A DNA stretch of 64,000 nt, taken from contig DASYEE010000143.1 of NCBI GenBank assembly GCA_036499165.1, positions 16,450 through 80,449 of the forward strand. Direction: 5' to 3'. Under the pieces are notes generated by a model that was given only the letters and a program-made list of their open reading frames with translations, had not been told where the DNA came from and did no database searches. The DNA is from Galbitalea sp. GTDB taxonomy: Bacteria; Actinomycetota; Actinomycetes; Actinomycetales; Microbacteriaceae. Shown piece after piece: positions 48,818 through 59,002 of the stretch (positions are counted from its first letter, which is position 1; each line of letters starts with the position of its first letter). A program made the translations under genes and the position numbers.

Positions 48818-49594
48818 GTGAGCAAGGCGGATCTGAACAAGCAGCCAGATGAGGTTGCCGGCATGTTCGACGGCGTCGCCAAGCACTACGACCGCACCAA
48901 TGCGGTGCTGTCGGCCGGCAACGCATACCTGTGGCGAATCGCCACAGTGCGCGCGGTCGCGCCGCAATCGGGTGAACGCATCCTCGATCTTGCCGCGGGC
49001 ACCGGCACGAGTTCCGTCGCCCTGTCGCACGCCGGCTCGACGGTCGTCGCCGTCGATTTCTCGGCGGGCATGATCGCCGAAGGGCGTCGTCGCCACAAGA
49101 ACATCGAGTTCGTCGAGGCCGACATCGAGCACCTGCCGTTCGGCGACGACGAGTTCGACGCCGTCACGATCAGCTTTGGCCTCCGTAACGTCAACGACCC
49201 GAAGCAGGCGCTCGCCGAGATGTACCGGGTGTTGAAGCCCGGTGGTCGCCTCGTCATCTGCGAGTTCTCCAAACCGCCCCGCGCCCTGCTCCGAATCGGT
49301 TACCAGACATATCTGAACTACGTCCTCCCGGTGGTTGCCGCAGCCACCAGCTCCAATCGCGAGGCGTACAACTACCTCGCGGACTCCATCGAAGACTGGC
49401 CGGACCAGGGCCAGCTCAGCCAGTGGATCCGTGGCGCGGGCTTCATCCGGGTGGCCTACCGCAACCTCACATCCGGCGTCGTCGCCCTGCACCGTGGTCG
49501 CAAGCCCGTGGATGCCGCGGTGCTCGCGTCCGTCGCGAAGCGCAAGCGGTCGACGGGTCGCCGACCCGCCGCATCCGCCAGCACGGAATCCTGA
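48818..49594 (+). CDS. menG: Demethylmenaquinone methyltransferase
   Basis: MFDGVAKHYDRTN, LDLAAGTG, ISFGLRNV, RVLKPGG, YLADSI; leaderless (TACACT). Confidence 0.93.
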   Translation: MSKADLNKQPDEVAGMFDGVAKHYDRTNAVLSAGNAYLWRIATVRAVAPQSGERILDLAAGTGTSSVALSHAGSTVVAVDFSAGMIAEGRRRHKNIEFVEADIEHLPFGDDEFDAVTISFGLRNVNDPKQALAEMYRVLKPGGRLVICEFSKPPRALLRIGYQTYLNYVLPVVAAATSSNREAYNYLADSIEDWPDQGQLSQWIRGAGFIRVAYRNLTSGVVALHRGRKPVDAAVLASVAKRKRSTGRRPAASASTES

Positions 49595-49636
49595 CCACCC
49601 GCCACCAACCTCCTTCCTCACAGAATCGACAAGCCA

Positions 49637-50722
49637 GTGACTCCGAGCGTTCCAACGGCTCGCCGCAGCAACACTCTGAGCTCATCGCTCGGCCTCGGCG
49701 AGAAGCTGTTCGCGTCGAGCGACGAACGTCGGCTGGCGAAGGCGATCGACTCGGGGCTCGATGAGGTCGAGGCCGGCCTGCTCCTGCAGATGTCATTCAC
49801 CGACGACCTCGCGGATGTCACGAGCCGGTACCTGCTCGATGCTGGCGGCAAGCGCATCCGCCCTGTGCTGGCGCTGCTCACAGCGCAACTCGGCACCGGC
49901 AACAATGCCAACGTCATCCAGGCCGCCGAGGCGATCGAGATGACGCACCTTGCTTCGCTCTACCACGACGACGTCATGGACGAGGCGCAGATGCGCCGAG
50001 GGGTTCCGAGCGCGCAGACCGTGTGGGGCAACTCGGTTGCGATTCTCACAGGTGACCTGCTGTTCGCCCGCGCATCGAAGCTCGTCGCAGACATGGGCGA
50101 GCGCGCGATCCTGTTGCAGGCCGAGACCTTCGAGCGGCTGTGCCTCGGCCAGTTGCACGAGACGATCGGGCCCCAGCCCGGCGACGATCCCATTGAGCAC
50201 TATCTTCAGGTCCTCGCAGACAAGACGGGTTCGCTCATCGCGACGGCGGCGCAGGTCGGCCTGATGTTCTCCGACGCGCCAGAGGAGTACGTGCAGCCGG
50301 TCGTCACCTTCGGCGAGAAGATCGGCGTCGCGTTCCAGCTGATCGACGATGTGATCGATCTCGCCCCGCGGCTCGATGAAACCGGCAAGACCCCGGGGAC
50401 CGACCTGCGGGCGGGAGTCGCGACGCTGCCGCTGCTGTACCTGCGCAGGCTGGCCGTCACCGACGACGCGGCGGCGTCGCTGCTACGCCGCATCGACAAC
50501 GAACTCGCCGGCGGCGCGCTGGGAGAGGGCGACGACGTCGTCTCGGCAGACCTGACGGCCGCGATCGCCGAACTGCGCGAGAACGTGGTGACCCAGCAGA
50601 CCCTCGACGAGGCACACCGCTGGGCGGCAGACGCCGTCGCGGCCCTCGCGCCCCTGCCCGACGGCCCAGTCAAGAAGGCCCTGACCCGCTTCGCAGACTC
50701 GGTCGTCGACCGCTCCAACTGA
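49637..50722 (+). CDS. Polyprenyl diphosphate synthase
   Basis: GGKRIRP, HDDVMD, RRG, FQLIDD, GKTPGTDL. Confidence 0.93.
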   Translation: MTPSVPTARRSNTLSSSLGLGEKLFASSDERRLAKAIDSGLDEVEAGLLLQMSFTDDLADVTSRYLLDAGGKRIRPVLALLTAQLGTGNNANVIQAAEAIEMTHLASLYHDDVMDEAQMRRGVPSAQTVWGNSVAILTGDLLFARASKLVADMGERAILLQAETFERLCLGQLHETIGPQPGDDPIEHYLQVLADKTGSLIATAAQVGLMFSDAPEEYVQPVVTFGEKIGVAFQLIDDVIDLAPRLDETGKTPGTDLRAGVATLPLLYLRRLAVTDDAAASLLRRIDNELAGGALGEGDDVVSADLTAAIAELRENVVTQQTLDEAHRWAADAVAALAPLPDGPVKKALTRFADSVVDRSN

Positions 50723-50796
50723 GTGGTCCGCCGCTGTCCCCGCGGAGGGACACGGCCGCGACATGAGGCAACCAAGCACTGAAAGAGGAACATCGG

Positions 50797-52158
50797 ATGA
50801 CCAAGCTCAGACTGGCCATCGTCGGCGCCGGGCCCGCAGGCATCTATGCAGCGGACATCCTGCTCAAGCTCGAGACAGCGTTCGATGTGTCCATCGACCT
50901 GTTCGAGCAGCTTCCCGCGCCCTACGGGCTGGTGCGCTACGGCGTCGCACCCGACCACCCGCGCATCAAGGGCATCGTCTCCGCCCTGCGCGAGGTGCTC
51001 GACAGCGGGCGCATCCGGTTGTTCGGCAACGTGCTCTACGGCCGTGACATCACGCTCGACGACCTCAAGAAGCACTACAACGCTGTCATCTTCTCGACCG
51101 GGGCGATCCGTGACGCGCACCTCGACATCCCGGGAATCGACGCCGATGGCAGCTACGGCGCGGCAGACTTCGTGAGCTGGTACGACGGGCATCCGGACGT
51201 GCCTCGGGAGTGGCCGCTCGATGCGTCGTCTGTCGCGGTCATCGGTAACGGGAACGTCGCGCTCGATGTCGCGCGGATCCTCGCAAAGCACGCGGACGAC
51301 CTGCTGCCGACCGAGATCCCCGACAACGTCTACCAGGGGCTGGCATCGTCGCCCGTCACGGATGTCCACGTGTTCGGTCGTCGGGGCCCGATGCAGGTGA
51401 AGTTCACACCGCTCGAACTGCGGGAGCTGGGCGAACTGCGCGACGTCGACATGATCGTGCACGAGGAAGACTTCGACTACGACGACGCTTCACGTGCCGC
51501 GATCGCGTCGAACAAGCAGGTGCTCGTGATCGACCGGGTGTTCACGCAGTGGCGGCAGCGATCGGTGGGCGAGGCGTCGCGGCGCCTGCACCTGCACTTC
51601 TTCGCCGGTCCGCACGAGGTCGTGACCGACGCGTCCGGTGCCGTTAGCGCGTTCAGGTACGAGCGCACCGAGCCGGATGACGAGGGTGGCGTCCGCGGCA
51701 CCGGCGAGATTCGAGAGGTGCCGATCCAGGCGCTGTACCGTGCCGTCGGGTACTTCGGTTCGCCGTTGGAGGATGTGCCGTTCGACGAGAAGCGCGGGGT
51801 GATCCCGAACCGTGAGGGGCAGGTCCTCGATGACGACGACCAGCGTGTCCCCGGTGTTTTCGCAACCGGCTGGATCAAGCGTGGACCGGTTGGCCTCATC
51901 GGTCACACGAAGAGCGACGCAATGGAGACGATCAAGCATGTCGTTCGCGACCAGGCCAACTGGTGGACGCCATCCTCGCCGTCTGAGGAGTCGGTCGTTG
52001 AGCTGCTGAAGTCTCGGGGAGTCGAATACACGAACCTCGACGGCTGGCACAACCTCGACGAGTTCGAGCAGGCGCTCGGTGCGCCTGAGGGGCGCGTGCG
52101 CATCAAGGTCGTCCCGCGCGACGAGATGGTGCGGGCGTCGAATCATCCCTCTGCCTGA
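50797..52158 (+). CDS. fprA: Ferredoxin-NADP+ reductase (FprA/adrenodoxin reductase-like)
   Basis: GAGPAG, PYGLVRYGVAPDHP, GNGNVALD, GWIKRGPVG. Confidence 0.9.
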   Translation: MTKLRLAIVGAGPAGIYAADILLKLETAFDVSIDLFEQLPAPYGLVRYGVAPDHPRIKGIVSALREVLDSGRIRLFGNVLYGRDITLDDLKKHYNAVIFSTGAIRDAHLDIPGIDADGSYGAADFVSWYDGHPDVPREWPLDASSVAVIGNGNVALDVARILAKHADDLLPTEIPDNVYQGLASSPVTDVHVFGRRGPMQVKFTPLELRELGELRDVDMIVHEEDFDYDDASRAAIASNKQVLVIDRVFTQWRQRSVGEASRRLHLHFFAGPHEVVTDASGAVSAFRYERTEPDDEGGVRGTGEIREVPIQALYRAVGYFGSPLEDVPFDEKRGVIPNREGQVLDDDDQRVPGVFATGWIKRGPVGLIGHTKSDAMETIKHVVRDQANWWTPSSPSEESVVELLKSRGVEYTNLDGWHNLDEFEQALGAPEGRVRIKVVPRDEMVRASNHPSA

Positions 52159-52247
52159 GTAGCACCGCTTTTCACTTCCACGCGGGCCGGCGTAGCTCGG
52201 TCGGCCGACCGTTCGCTGCCTCCCGCGCCGCAATCTCTCCAGCTCTG

Positions 52248-52326
52248 TCGCAAAGTCGGAGCTTTGGCGGATGCCCGGCGCGCCCGCGTGCGACGCGCCG
52301 CGCATCCGCCAAATCTCCGACTTTAG
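52248..52326. repeat. 79-bp palindromic element, family B copy 3
   Basis: TCGCAAAGTCGGA...CTCCGACTTTAG. Confidence 0.8.
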
Positions 52327-52330
52327 GCAT

Positions 52331-52412
52331 GGGGAGGAGGAGATAGGGACGAGGAGAGGGGGAGCTGAGCGGGGAGGAGGAGATAGGGAGGAGGGGAGGG
52401 GGAGCTGAGCGG
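52331..52412 (+). repeat. Purine-rich 40-bp tandem duplication
   Basis: GGGGAGGAGGAGATAGGGA(C/G)GAGG(A/G)GAGGGGGAGCTGAGC x2. Confidence 0.9.
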
Positions 52413-52424
52413 AAGGCGGCGGCG

Positions 52425-53639
52425 CTAGACGTTGATCGAGCGGGGGAGCATCCTGCGCGCGATCTTCCGTGACGGCTCCTCGATGAAGCGCCAGAGCAGC
52501 CACGCGAACACCCACGCCGCAACGACAACACCGACGGTCACGGCGTCGCGCGCTGGCGCGGACTGCAGGTGTGCGAGCACGAGAACGCCGAGTCCGATCA
52601 CGAGCGCGTGCGAGAGATACAGGGCGAAGGATGCGCGGCCGCCGACCTGAAAGGCGCGCGTCGACAGCAGCAGGCTGAGCGGGTCGCGTCGCGCGATCGC
52701 GAGCCCCGCGATCACCAGCACGAACAGCGGGAGCACGATGATCGTCGAGCTGCGGCCGATCATGTCTACGCCGTCGCGGAACTGGGCCGTGCCGTGGCGC
52801 AGCCATGGGTTCTTCTCGAGCAGCGGCACGACGAACATGATCGCGATCGCGACGACGGATGCGACCGTCGCGAGCGGGAACCGCACTGGCCGATCCTCTG
52901 CCAGCCGCGACTTGAGAGTGATCGCGAGAATGGCCCCGATCCAGAACTCGGTGATGACCCTGATCGCAACGACGCCCGGTAGCAGAGTGAAGCTGTTGTT
53001 CGCGAACAGGAGGATCATGTCATCCTGCATCGTGCATCCGATGATGATCATGGGGAGGGTCAGGACCCCCATCAGGATGAACATGGCGAGCCTCGATGCC
53101 GCCAGCGCGAAGCGCGCCAGCACCACGATCCCGACCGAGAACACCAGGTACGCGAGCCACTCCGCGCTGATCGACCAGTCGAGGCCGTTCCAGGTCAGGG
53201 GGCCGGGGATCCAGGCCTGGATCAGCAGCAGGTGCTTCGCCAGCTCGCCCGGGTCGCCCTGCGCCGCATAGACCGGATTGCCACTCGTCGCGTACTGGAA
53301 GACGAAGTATGCGCCGAAGAGAAGCAGCACGAAAGCGGTGAGCGGCCACACTCGACCGAGGCGCAGCCAGAGGAAGCCGACAGCTTTGCGCCAGGTCCAG
53401 GCATCCGCGAGCTTGTCGAAGTGTGTGAACGTGAGGATGAAGCCGCTGAGGATGAAGAACAGGTCGACGCCGAGATACCCGACGTTGAACAGGGGCGCGA
53501 GTACGTGCAACGGCGGGAAGGCGTCGATAAGCTCCGTACGGAAGTGACGCGTGAAGACCCAGAAGGCGGCGAGAGCCCGGATGCCGGTGAGAGCCGGCAA
53601 TTGCACTCGGGGAAAGAGCTGCTGTGCCGGGGTCTCCAC
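52425..53639 (-). CDS. Acyltransferase 3 family membrane protein
   Basis: LTGIRALAA, GVDLFFILSGF, WSISAEW, SFALYLSH. Confidence 0.92.
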   Translation of the reverse strand: METPAQQLFPRVQLPALTGIRALAAFWVFTRHFRTELIDAFPPLHVLAPLFNVGYLGVDLFFILSGFILTFTHFDKLADAWTWRKAVGFLWLRLGRVWPLTAFVLLLFGAYFVFQYATSGNPVYAAQGDPGELAKHLLLIQAWIPGPLTWNGLDWSISAEWLAYLVFSVGIVVLARFALAASRLAMFILMGVLTLPMIIIGCTMQDDMILLFANNSFTLLPGVVAIRVITEFWIGAILAITLKSRLAEDRPVRFPLATVASVVAIAIMFVVPLLEKNPWLRHGTAQFRDGVDMIGRSSTIIVLPLFVLVIAGLAIARRDPLSLLLSTRAFQVGGRASFALYLSHALVIGLGVLVLAHLQSAPARDAVTVGVVVAAWVFAWLLWRFIEEPSRKIARRMLPRSINV

Positions 53640-53716
53640 GCGCCAAGCCTAACGACTGCGGGCCAGGGTCCAGCGACGTAAGCTGAAAGTCAGCTAGCTG
53701 ATGAATTAGGAGCGCG

Positions 53717-55903
53717 ATGACGACGCCGACCGAACATTCTGCCCAGCACCAGGCCAGACGGCGCGTGCCGCGATCGCTCCGGGTTGCCATCCCGGCCGTG
53801 CTGATTCTCGTCTGGGTCGCGATCGGCGGGATCGGTGGCCCGTACTTCGGCAAGATCAGCCAGGTGTCGAGCAACGACGCAACGAGCTACCTGCCGTCGA
53901 GCTCCGACGCCGCGCGCGTGCAGAACCTCGAGGCGAAATTCTCGTCGTCGAAGGCGATCCCCGCGGTCGTCGTGTTCGAGCGCAAGGCGGGGCTGTCGGT
54001 CGGCGACCAGACGTTCATCGGCGACCGGATCGCCGCCCTCAAAGCGACGGACGGCGTTGCGGGAGGAACATCGCCAGCGATCATCTCGAGCGACAAGAAG
54101 GCGGCCGAGATCATCGTCCCGATCAAGGACGACACCGCGACGACGGCAACTGTCGCCGAGGTCCGGAAGTTGATCGCGAAGGATGTCCCCGACGGGCTGC
54201 ACGGCTACGTCACGGGCCCAGCCGGCCAGATCGCCGACCTCAGCGGCGCCTTCGCGGGAATCGACGGCATCCTGCTGCTCGTCGCGGTACTTGCCGTGCT
54301 CGTTATCCTCATCATCGTCTACCGTTCGCCGCTCCTGCCGATCGTGGTCCTCGCGACGTCGTTGTTCGCTCTCTGCGCCAGTATCTTCGTGATCTGGCAT
54401 CTGGCGAAAGCGGGTGACGTGACGCTCAACGGGCAGGTGCAGGGCATCCTGTTCATCCTCGTGATCGGGGCGGCGACCGACTATTCGCTGCTCTATGTCT
54501 CGCGCTATCGGGAGGCGCTGCGCGATAACCAGAAGCGGTGGGATGCGACGGTCGCGGCGATCAAGGGATCATTCGAACCGATCATCGCATCGGCTGGCAC
54601 GGTCATCGTTGGCCTCCTCTGCCTTCTGCTCAGCGACCTGAATTCCAACAAGGCGCTTGGCCCGGTCGGGGCGATCGGCATCGCCTTCGCCTTCATCGCG
54701 GCGATGACGATGCTGCCGGCGTTGATGTTCGCGCTCGGGCGCGCGGCGTTCTGGCCACTGCGGCCGAAGTTCGGATCCGCGCACCCCGAGGTCGGTGGCG
54801 ACAGCGTGAAGGGGCTCTGGCCGCGACTCGGTCGCGCTATCTCGCGCCGCCCGCGCTGGATCTGGGTCGTGAGCGCCGTCGTGTTGCTCGCCGCAGCGGG
54901 CGGGTTGCTGCAGCTGAAGGCCAGCGGAACGCCGCAGAGCGCCGTGGTCGAGGGCGCATCCCAGGCCCGCGACGGCCAGGCGGTTCTTGGCGACCACTTC
55001 CCGAAGGGATCGGGCAGCCCCGCCGTGATCATCGTGAAGCAGGATGCGCTCGATTCCGTCGCGAAGACCGTCCTGGCGACCAAAGGTGTCGACTCGCTGG
55101 CCGTCGCCGCGTCCAGTTCGCCGTCCGGCTCGTACCCCGTGACGGCCACTGGCATCCAGCCGCTCATCTATGGCGGGGCGGCTGGTGCACCGACGGTGGT
55201 CGGCGGCACGGTGCTGCTTCAGGCCACGCTGTCGAATGACCCCGACTCGGATGCCGCCCAGACGACCGTGCGCGACCTGCGAACGCGCCTGGCCGACTCC
55301 AATCCCGGCGCCAACGCCCTGGTCGGCGGCACTACCGCGACGACCATCGACACCAACGATGCCGGGGCTCACGACCGCAACACGATCATCCCGATCGTGC
55401 TGGTCGTGATCCTCCTGATCCTGATGCTGCTGCTTCGGTCGGTACTTGCCCCGGTGCTGTTGATCGGCAGCGTCGTGCTATCGTTCGCCGCGACCATCGG
55501 CATCTCGGCGATCGTGTTCAACCACGTGTTCAATTTCGTCGGCGCAGACCCGGCGGTCCCGCTCTACGGATTCATCTTCCTGGTGGCGCTCGGGGTGGAC
55601 TACAACATCTTCCTGATGACGCGGGTGCGCGAGGAATCGCTGCTGCACGGGACGCGACGGGGCGTCATCCGCGGCCTCGCGATCACCGGGGGCGTGATTA
55701 CGTCGGCCGGAATCGTGCTGGCTGCGACGTTTGCGGCGTTGAGCGTCATCCCCGTGCTGTTCCTCAGCCAGATCGCGTTCATCGTCGGCTTCGGCGTGCT
55801 GCTCGACACGATCGTCGTGCGCTCGCTCCTCGTGCCCGCCCTCTCGTACGACATCGGTCGCGCGATCTGGTGGCCGTCGAAGCTGTCGCGAGGGCCGAAG
55901 TAG
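53717..55903 (+). CDS. MMPL family transporter
   Basis: VTGPA, IVYRSP, GAATDY, ALGVDYNIFLMTRVREE, GGVITSAG. Confidence 0.93.
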   Translation: MTTPTEHSAQHQARRRVPRSLRVAIPAVLILVWVAIGGIGGPYFGKISQVSSNDATSYLPSSSDAARVQNLEAKFSSSKAIPAVVVFERKAGLSVGDQTFIGDRIAALKATDGVAGGTSPAIISSDKKAAEIIVPIKDDTATTATVAEVRKLIAKDVPDGLHGYVTGPAGQIADLSGAFAGIDGILLLVAVLAVLVILIIVYRSPLLPIVVLATSLFALCASIFVIWHLAKAGDVTLNGQVQGILFILVIGAATDYSLLYVSRYREALRDNQKRWDATVAAIKGSFEPIIASAGTVIVGLLCLLLSDLNSNKALGPVGAIGIAFAFIAAMTMLPALMFALGRAAFWPLRPKFGSAHPEVGGDSVKGLWPRLGRAISRRPRWIWVVSAVVLLAAAGGLLQLKASGTPQSAVVEGASQARDGQAVLGDHFPKGSGSPAVIIVKQDALDSVAKTVLATKGVDSLAVAASSSPSGSYPVTATGIQPLIYGGAAGAPTVVGGTVLLQATLSNDPDSDAAQTTVRDLRTRLADSNPGANALVGGTTATTIDTNDAGAHDRNTIIPIVLVVILLILMLLLRSVLAPVLLIGSVVLSFAATIGISAIVFNHVFNFVGADPAVPLYGFIFLVALGVDYNIFLMTRVREESLLHGTRRGVIRGLAITGGVITSAGIVLAATFAALSVIPVLFLSQIAFIVGFGVLLDTIVVRSLLVPALSYDIGRAIWWPSKLSRGPK

Positions 55904-55915
55904 GTTCGGCCCGAG

Positions 55916-57382
55916 CTACTGGACGGCGGCGGTGAGACGGGCGACGTTGTCGAGCACCTTGCTGCGCAGCGGCCGCGCCATCCATTCGTCGAGTGTCAGC
56001 TCGCGCGACTTGCGGCGATAGCTGTCTTCGACCCGCCGCAGCGACTCCACGAACTTCGAGCCCTTCACCATGACCGAGATCTCGAGGTCGAGGCTGAACG
56101 AGCGCATATCCATGTTGCTGGAGCCGATGACCGCGACCTCGTCGTCGATCGTCAGGTGCTTCGCATGGAGGATCGTCGGCGCGTGATACAGCCAGATGCG
56201 CACGCCAGCCTTCAGCAGCTCCTCGTAGTAACTGCGCTGGGCATGGTAGACGACGGCCTGGTCGCCGATCTCGCTGACGAACAGCTGCACATCCACGCCG
56301 CTCTGGGCCGCCGTGGTGATCGCATAGAACATCGACTCGTCTGGAACGAAGTACGGGCTCGTGATGATCAGCTTGCGCTGCGCCGCGTAGATCAGGGAGT
56401 TGAACATCCGCAGGTTGTTCTCGCCATCGAAGCCCGGTCCGCTCGGCACCACCTGCGCATCCAGCAGATTCGAGTCTTCCGTCGGAGGCGTGCGCTCGGC
56501 CTCACGCAGGAGCAGCTCGTCTGTCTCGCTGTACCAGTCGGTGACGAACAGCGCGTTGATGCCGGCGACGATGGGGCCCTCGAACCGCACCATGAGGTCT
56601 TTCCAGTGCAGGCCGCGCTTCAGGTTGCCGCGCTTGTTGTAGCTGGAGTCGATCACGTTCTGCGACCCGGTGAAACCGACCTCACCGTCGATGATGAGGA
56701 TCTTGCGGTGGTTGCGAAGGTCCGGCCGCTGGAACTTGCCCTTGAGCGGCTGCACCGGAAGCATCAGGTGCCAGTCCGTGCCGATACGGGTGAGGTACCG
56801 GAGCGTCTTCTTGTATCCAACCGAGCGCAGGTTTGCGATGTGGTCGAGGAGCACCCGCACGGTCACGCCGCGTTTGACCGCGGCCTCCAGCTCGTCGAAG
56901 AACGGCCGGCTCGTCTTATCCAGCGACAGGATGTAGAACTCGACGTGCACGTAGCGGGTCGCCGCCTTCAGCGCCTCCGTCATGGCGGCGAGTGACTCGT
57001 GGTAGTCGTCGTGCAGCGTGGCCGAGTTACCGCCGACGATGGGCATCGCGCCCAGGTTGCGATTGAGCGCCACGATCGGCTCGAGCCACGGCGGCCATCC
57101 CGTGTCGCGGCGGACGCGGTCCATGCCCTCCGTCGTCTCGAGGATGTACGAGTTGATCTCGCGCTGCTTCATCCGCCGCTTCTTCGGCAGGTGCCGCGAG
57201 CCGACGAGCCAGAACAGGATGATGCCGATGTACGGCAGGAAGAAGATCGCGAGCAGCCAGGCCGTCGCGGTCTGCGGCCGGCGGTTGCGGGGAATCAGGA
57301 TGACCGAGAGCACGCGCACGACGAAGTCGACCAGCACGGCCAGCACGCCGATGATGAGCGCAATGGTCGACCAGGTGAACAT
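55916..57382 (-). CDS. cls: Cardiolipin synthase
   Basis: Two HKD motifs (RNHRKILIID, LHAKHLTID), PLDc_N. Confidence 0.95.
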   Translation of the reverse strand: MFTWSTIALIIGVLAVLVDFVVRVLSVILIPRNRRPQTATAWLLAIFFLPYIGIILFWLVGSRHLPKKRRMKQREINSYILETTEGMDRVRRDTGWPPWLEPIVALNRNLGAMPIVGGNSATLHDDYHESLAAMTEALKAATRYVHVEFYILSLDKTSRPFFDELEAAVKRGVTVRVLLDHIANLRSVGYKKTLRYLTRIGTDWHLMLPVQPLKGKFQRPDLRNHRKILIIDGEVGFTGSQNVIDSSYNKRGNLKRGLHWKDLMVRFEGPIVAGINALFVTDWYSETDELLLREAERTPPTEDSNLLDAQVVPSGPGFDGENNLRMFNSLIYAAQRKLIITSPYFVPDESMFYAITTAAQSGVDVQLFVSEIGDQAVVYHAQRSYYEELLKAGVRIWLYHAPTILHAKHLTIDDEVAVIGSSNMDMRSFSLDLEISVMVKGSKFVESLRRVEDSYRRKSRELTLDEWMARPLRSKVLDNVARLTAAVQ

Positions 57383-57397
57383 CTCGCCTCGCCGGGG

Positions 57398-57886
57398 CTA
57401 GCGGAAGTTGACGAACTGCAGGGCGACATCCAGGTCTTTGCCCTTGAGGAGCGCCATGGTCTCCTGCAGGTCGTCGCGGCTCTTCGACTGCACACGCAGT
57501 TCGTCGCCCTGGATCTGCGATTTCACGCTCTTCGGACCTTCGTCGCGGATGATCTTGGAGATCTTCTTCGCGTCTTCTGAGGAGATGCCGTTCTTCAGGT
57601 TGACCTCGATGCGGTACTCCTTACCGCTCGGGTACGGCTCACCGGGGTCGAGGCTGCGGAGCGAGATGCTGCGCTTGATGAACTTCTGCTCGACGACCTC
57701 GAGGACCGCCTTGACGCGCTCCTCCGCGCTCGCCGTCAGGAGCAGCTTCTCGCCGCTCCATTCGATCGATGCGCCGACGTTCTTGAAGTCGTATCGCTGC
57801 GCGATCTCCTTCTGCGCCTGGTTGACGGCGTTATCCGCCTCCATCTTGTCGACCTTGCTGACGACGTCGAATGATGAATCTGCCAT
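57398..57886 (-). CDS. yajQ: YajQ family nucleotide/c-di-GMP-binding protein
   Basis: [39 protein letters not shown]. Confidence 0.95.
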   Translation of the reverse strand: MADSSFDVVSKVDKMEADNAVNQAQKEIAQRYDFKNVGASIEWSGEKLLLTASAEERVKAVLEVVEQKFIKRSISLRSLDPGEPYPSGKEYRIEVNLKNGISSEDAKKISKIIRDEGPKSVKSQIQGDELRVQSKSRDDLQETMALLKGKDLDVALQFVNFR

Positions 57887-57909
57887 GAGGCCCATGCTAT
57901 CGAGGTATG

Positions 57910-58093
57910 TCCGCTGGTCGAGTAGCTGTGGCACTCTCGCTCCGTTGGTCGAGTAGCGGCGGCGCTCTCGCTCCGTTGGTCGAGTAGCGGCGCGAGGCAC
58001 GAGCCCGCGTTATCGAGACCACCGTTCGACGTGGGCATGGTCTCGATAATGCCCGGCCTCGCTGGCGCTCGGTCGTGCTACTCGACCAGCGGA
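57910..58093. repeat. GTAG-type REP cluster
   Basis: Three TGGTCGAGTAG units (31-bp period), TATCGAGACC, then inverted GGTCTCGATA..CTACTCGACC. Confidence 0.9.
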
Positions 58094-58206
58094 CTAGTTC
58101 GTGGGATCCTGCCACTCAACCGACCGGGTGGTCACGGAACGCCGCTGCGCCTAGTATTCTTGTTCAGCGCCTCCGGACAGGTGATCACACCTGGTCGGAG
58201 CAGCAT

Positions 58207-58291
58207 GGCAAGTTACCCAAGCGGCCAAAGGGATCTGACTGTAAATCAGACGTTTTCAACTTCGGGGGTTCGAATCCCTCACTTGCCACCA
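58207..58291 (+). tRNA. tRNA-Tyr (GTA)
   Basis: Acceptor stem GGCAAGT/ACTTGCC, anticodon arm CTGA-CTGTAAA-TCAG, long variable arm, GGTTCGAATCC, encoded CCA. Confidence 0.97.
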
Positions 58292-58536
58292 TTTATTGCA
58301 CGCAACTTTCGCATGAGGCCTGAATTCTCGGGCGTTTTGGGGCCGATTCGATTTCTACAGATCGTTTCGGTTGTGGGAAGTTGTGGGGTTTTCGTGGGGC
58401 GAGCGTCGTCGTTGATCGCGCCCCGGGTGTAATGATCGTCTGGTCGATCGAACGGCGACTCACTCGGCAGAGAGCGGCTCGGCGTTTGCCAGATCAATTC
58501 GCTTGTGTTATGAAACGTACGTGATAATGTTTTGAT

Positions 58537-58929
58537 ATGAATTTTGAAGTGTTCGCACCCGGTCGATCTTCGTCTGACGGGCGCGGCACTCCGACACTGC
58601 GCGTACTCAGCGCGGGGCGCCTAGTGCTCAACGCGGCCGCGCAACGCCTGCTAGGCGACACCACCTTTGTGCAGCTTCTCTGGGATGCAGACACGAAGCG
58701 CATCGGGATCATGCCAGCCGCTCAGGACGCCCCAGACGCATTCCGGGTCACGACGGCACCCAGTCAGTCGATCATCACTTCCAAAGCCTTCGTGGAAACC
58801 TACGATCTGCCTCTGTCGAAGCGCATGACGCTTGGGTGGGACGGACGTATGTGGATCGCGTCAACCATCAAGCCAGACGAGCCGTTGCAGGGCGACGAAG
58901 GCTCACGAATTCCGGAACGCATCCGGTAG
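58537..58929 (+). CDS. Hypothetical protein (MGE-type)
   Basis: Extended -10 TG-A-TAATGT six nt before ATG; 130 aa. Confidence 0.7.
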   Translation: MNFEVFAPGRSSSDGRGTPTLRVLSAGRLVLNAAAQRLLGDTTFVQLLWDADTKRIGIMPAAQDAPDAFRVTTAPSQSIITSKAFVETYDLPLSKRMTLGWDGRMWIASTIKPDEPLQGDEGSRIPERIR

Positions 58930-58930
58930 C

Positions 58931-58968
58931 AAGAAAAGCGCCCCCGCCTGCTGTAACAGACGAGGGCG
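58931..58968 (-). terminator. Intrinsic terminator on the antisense strand
   Basis: CGCCCUCGUCUG-UUACAG-CAGGCGGGGGCG then CUUUUCUU; pairs fully only on the minus strand (two G-U). Confidence 0.7.
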
Positions 58969-59002
58969 ATCCGAATCACCTCTCTAGAAGGAGAAACGAA
59001 CA

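Noticed and set aside
57887-58115. N-terminal extension of yajQ and small ORFs here
   Set aside because: They come from reading through REP repeats; yajQ has a leaderless -10 (TAGCAT) before ATG 57886
58167-58200. Hairpin before tRNA-Tyr as a separate RNA
   Set aside because: Lies between the tRNA -10 (TATTCT) and the mature tRNA, so it is most simply the precursor leader
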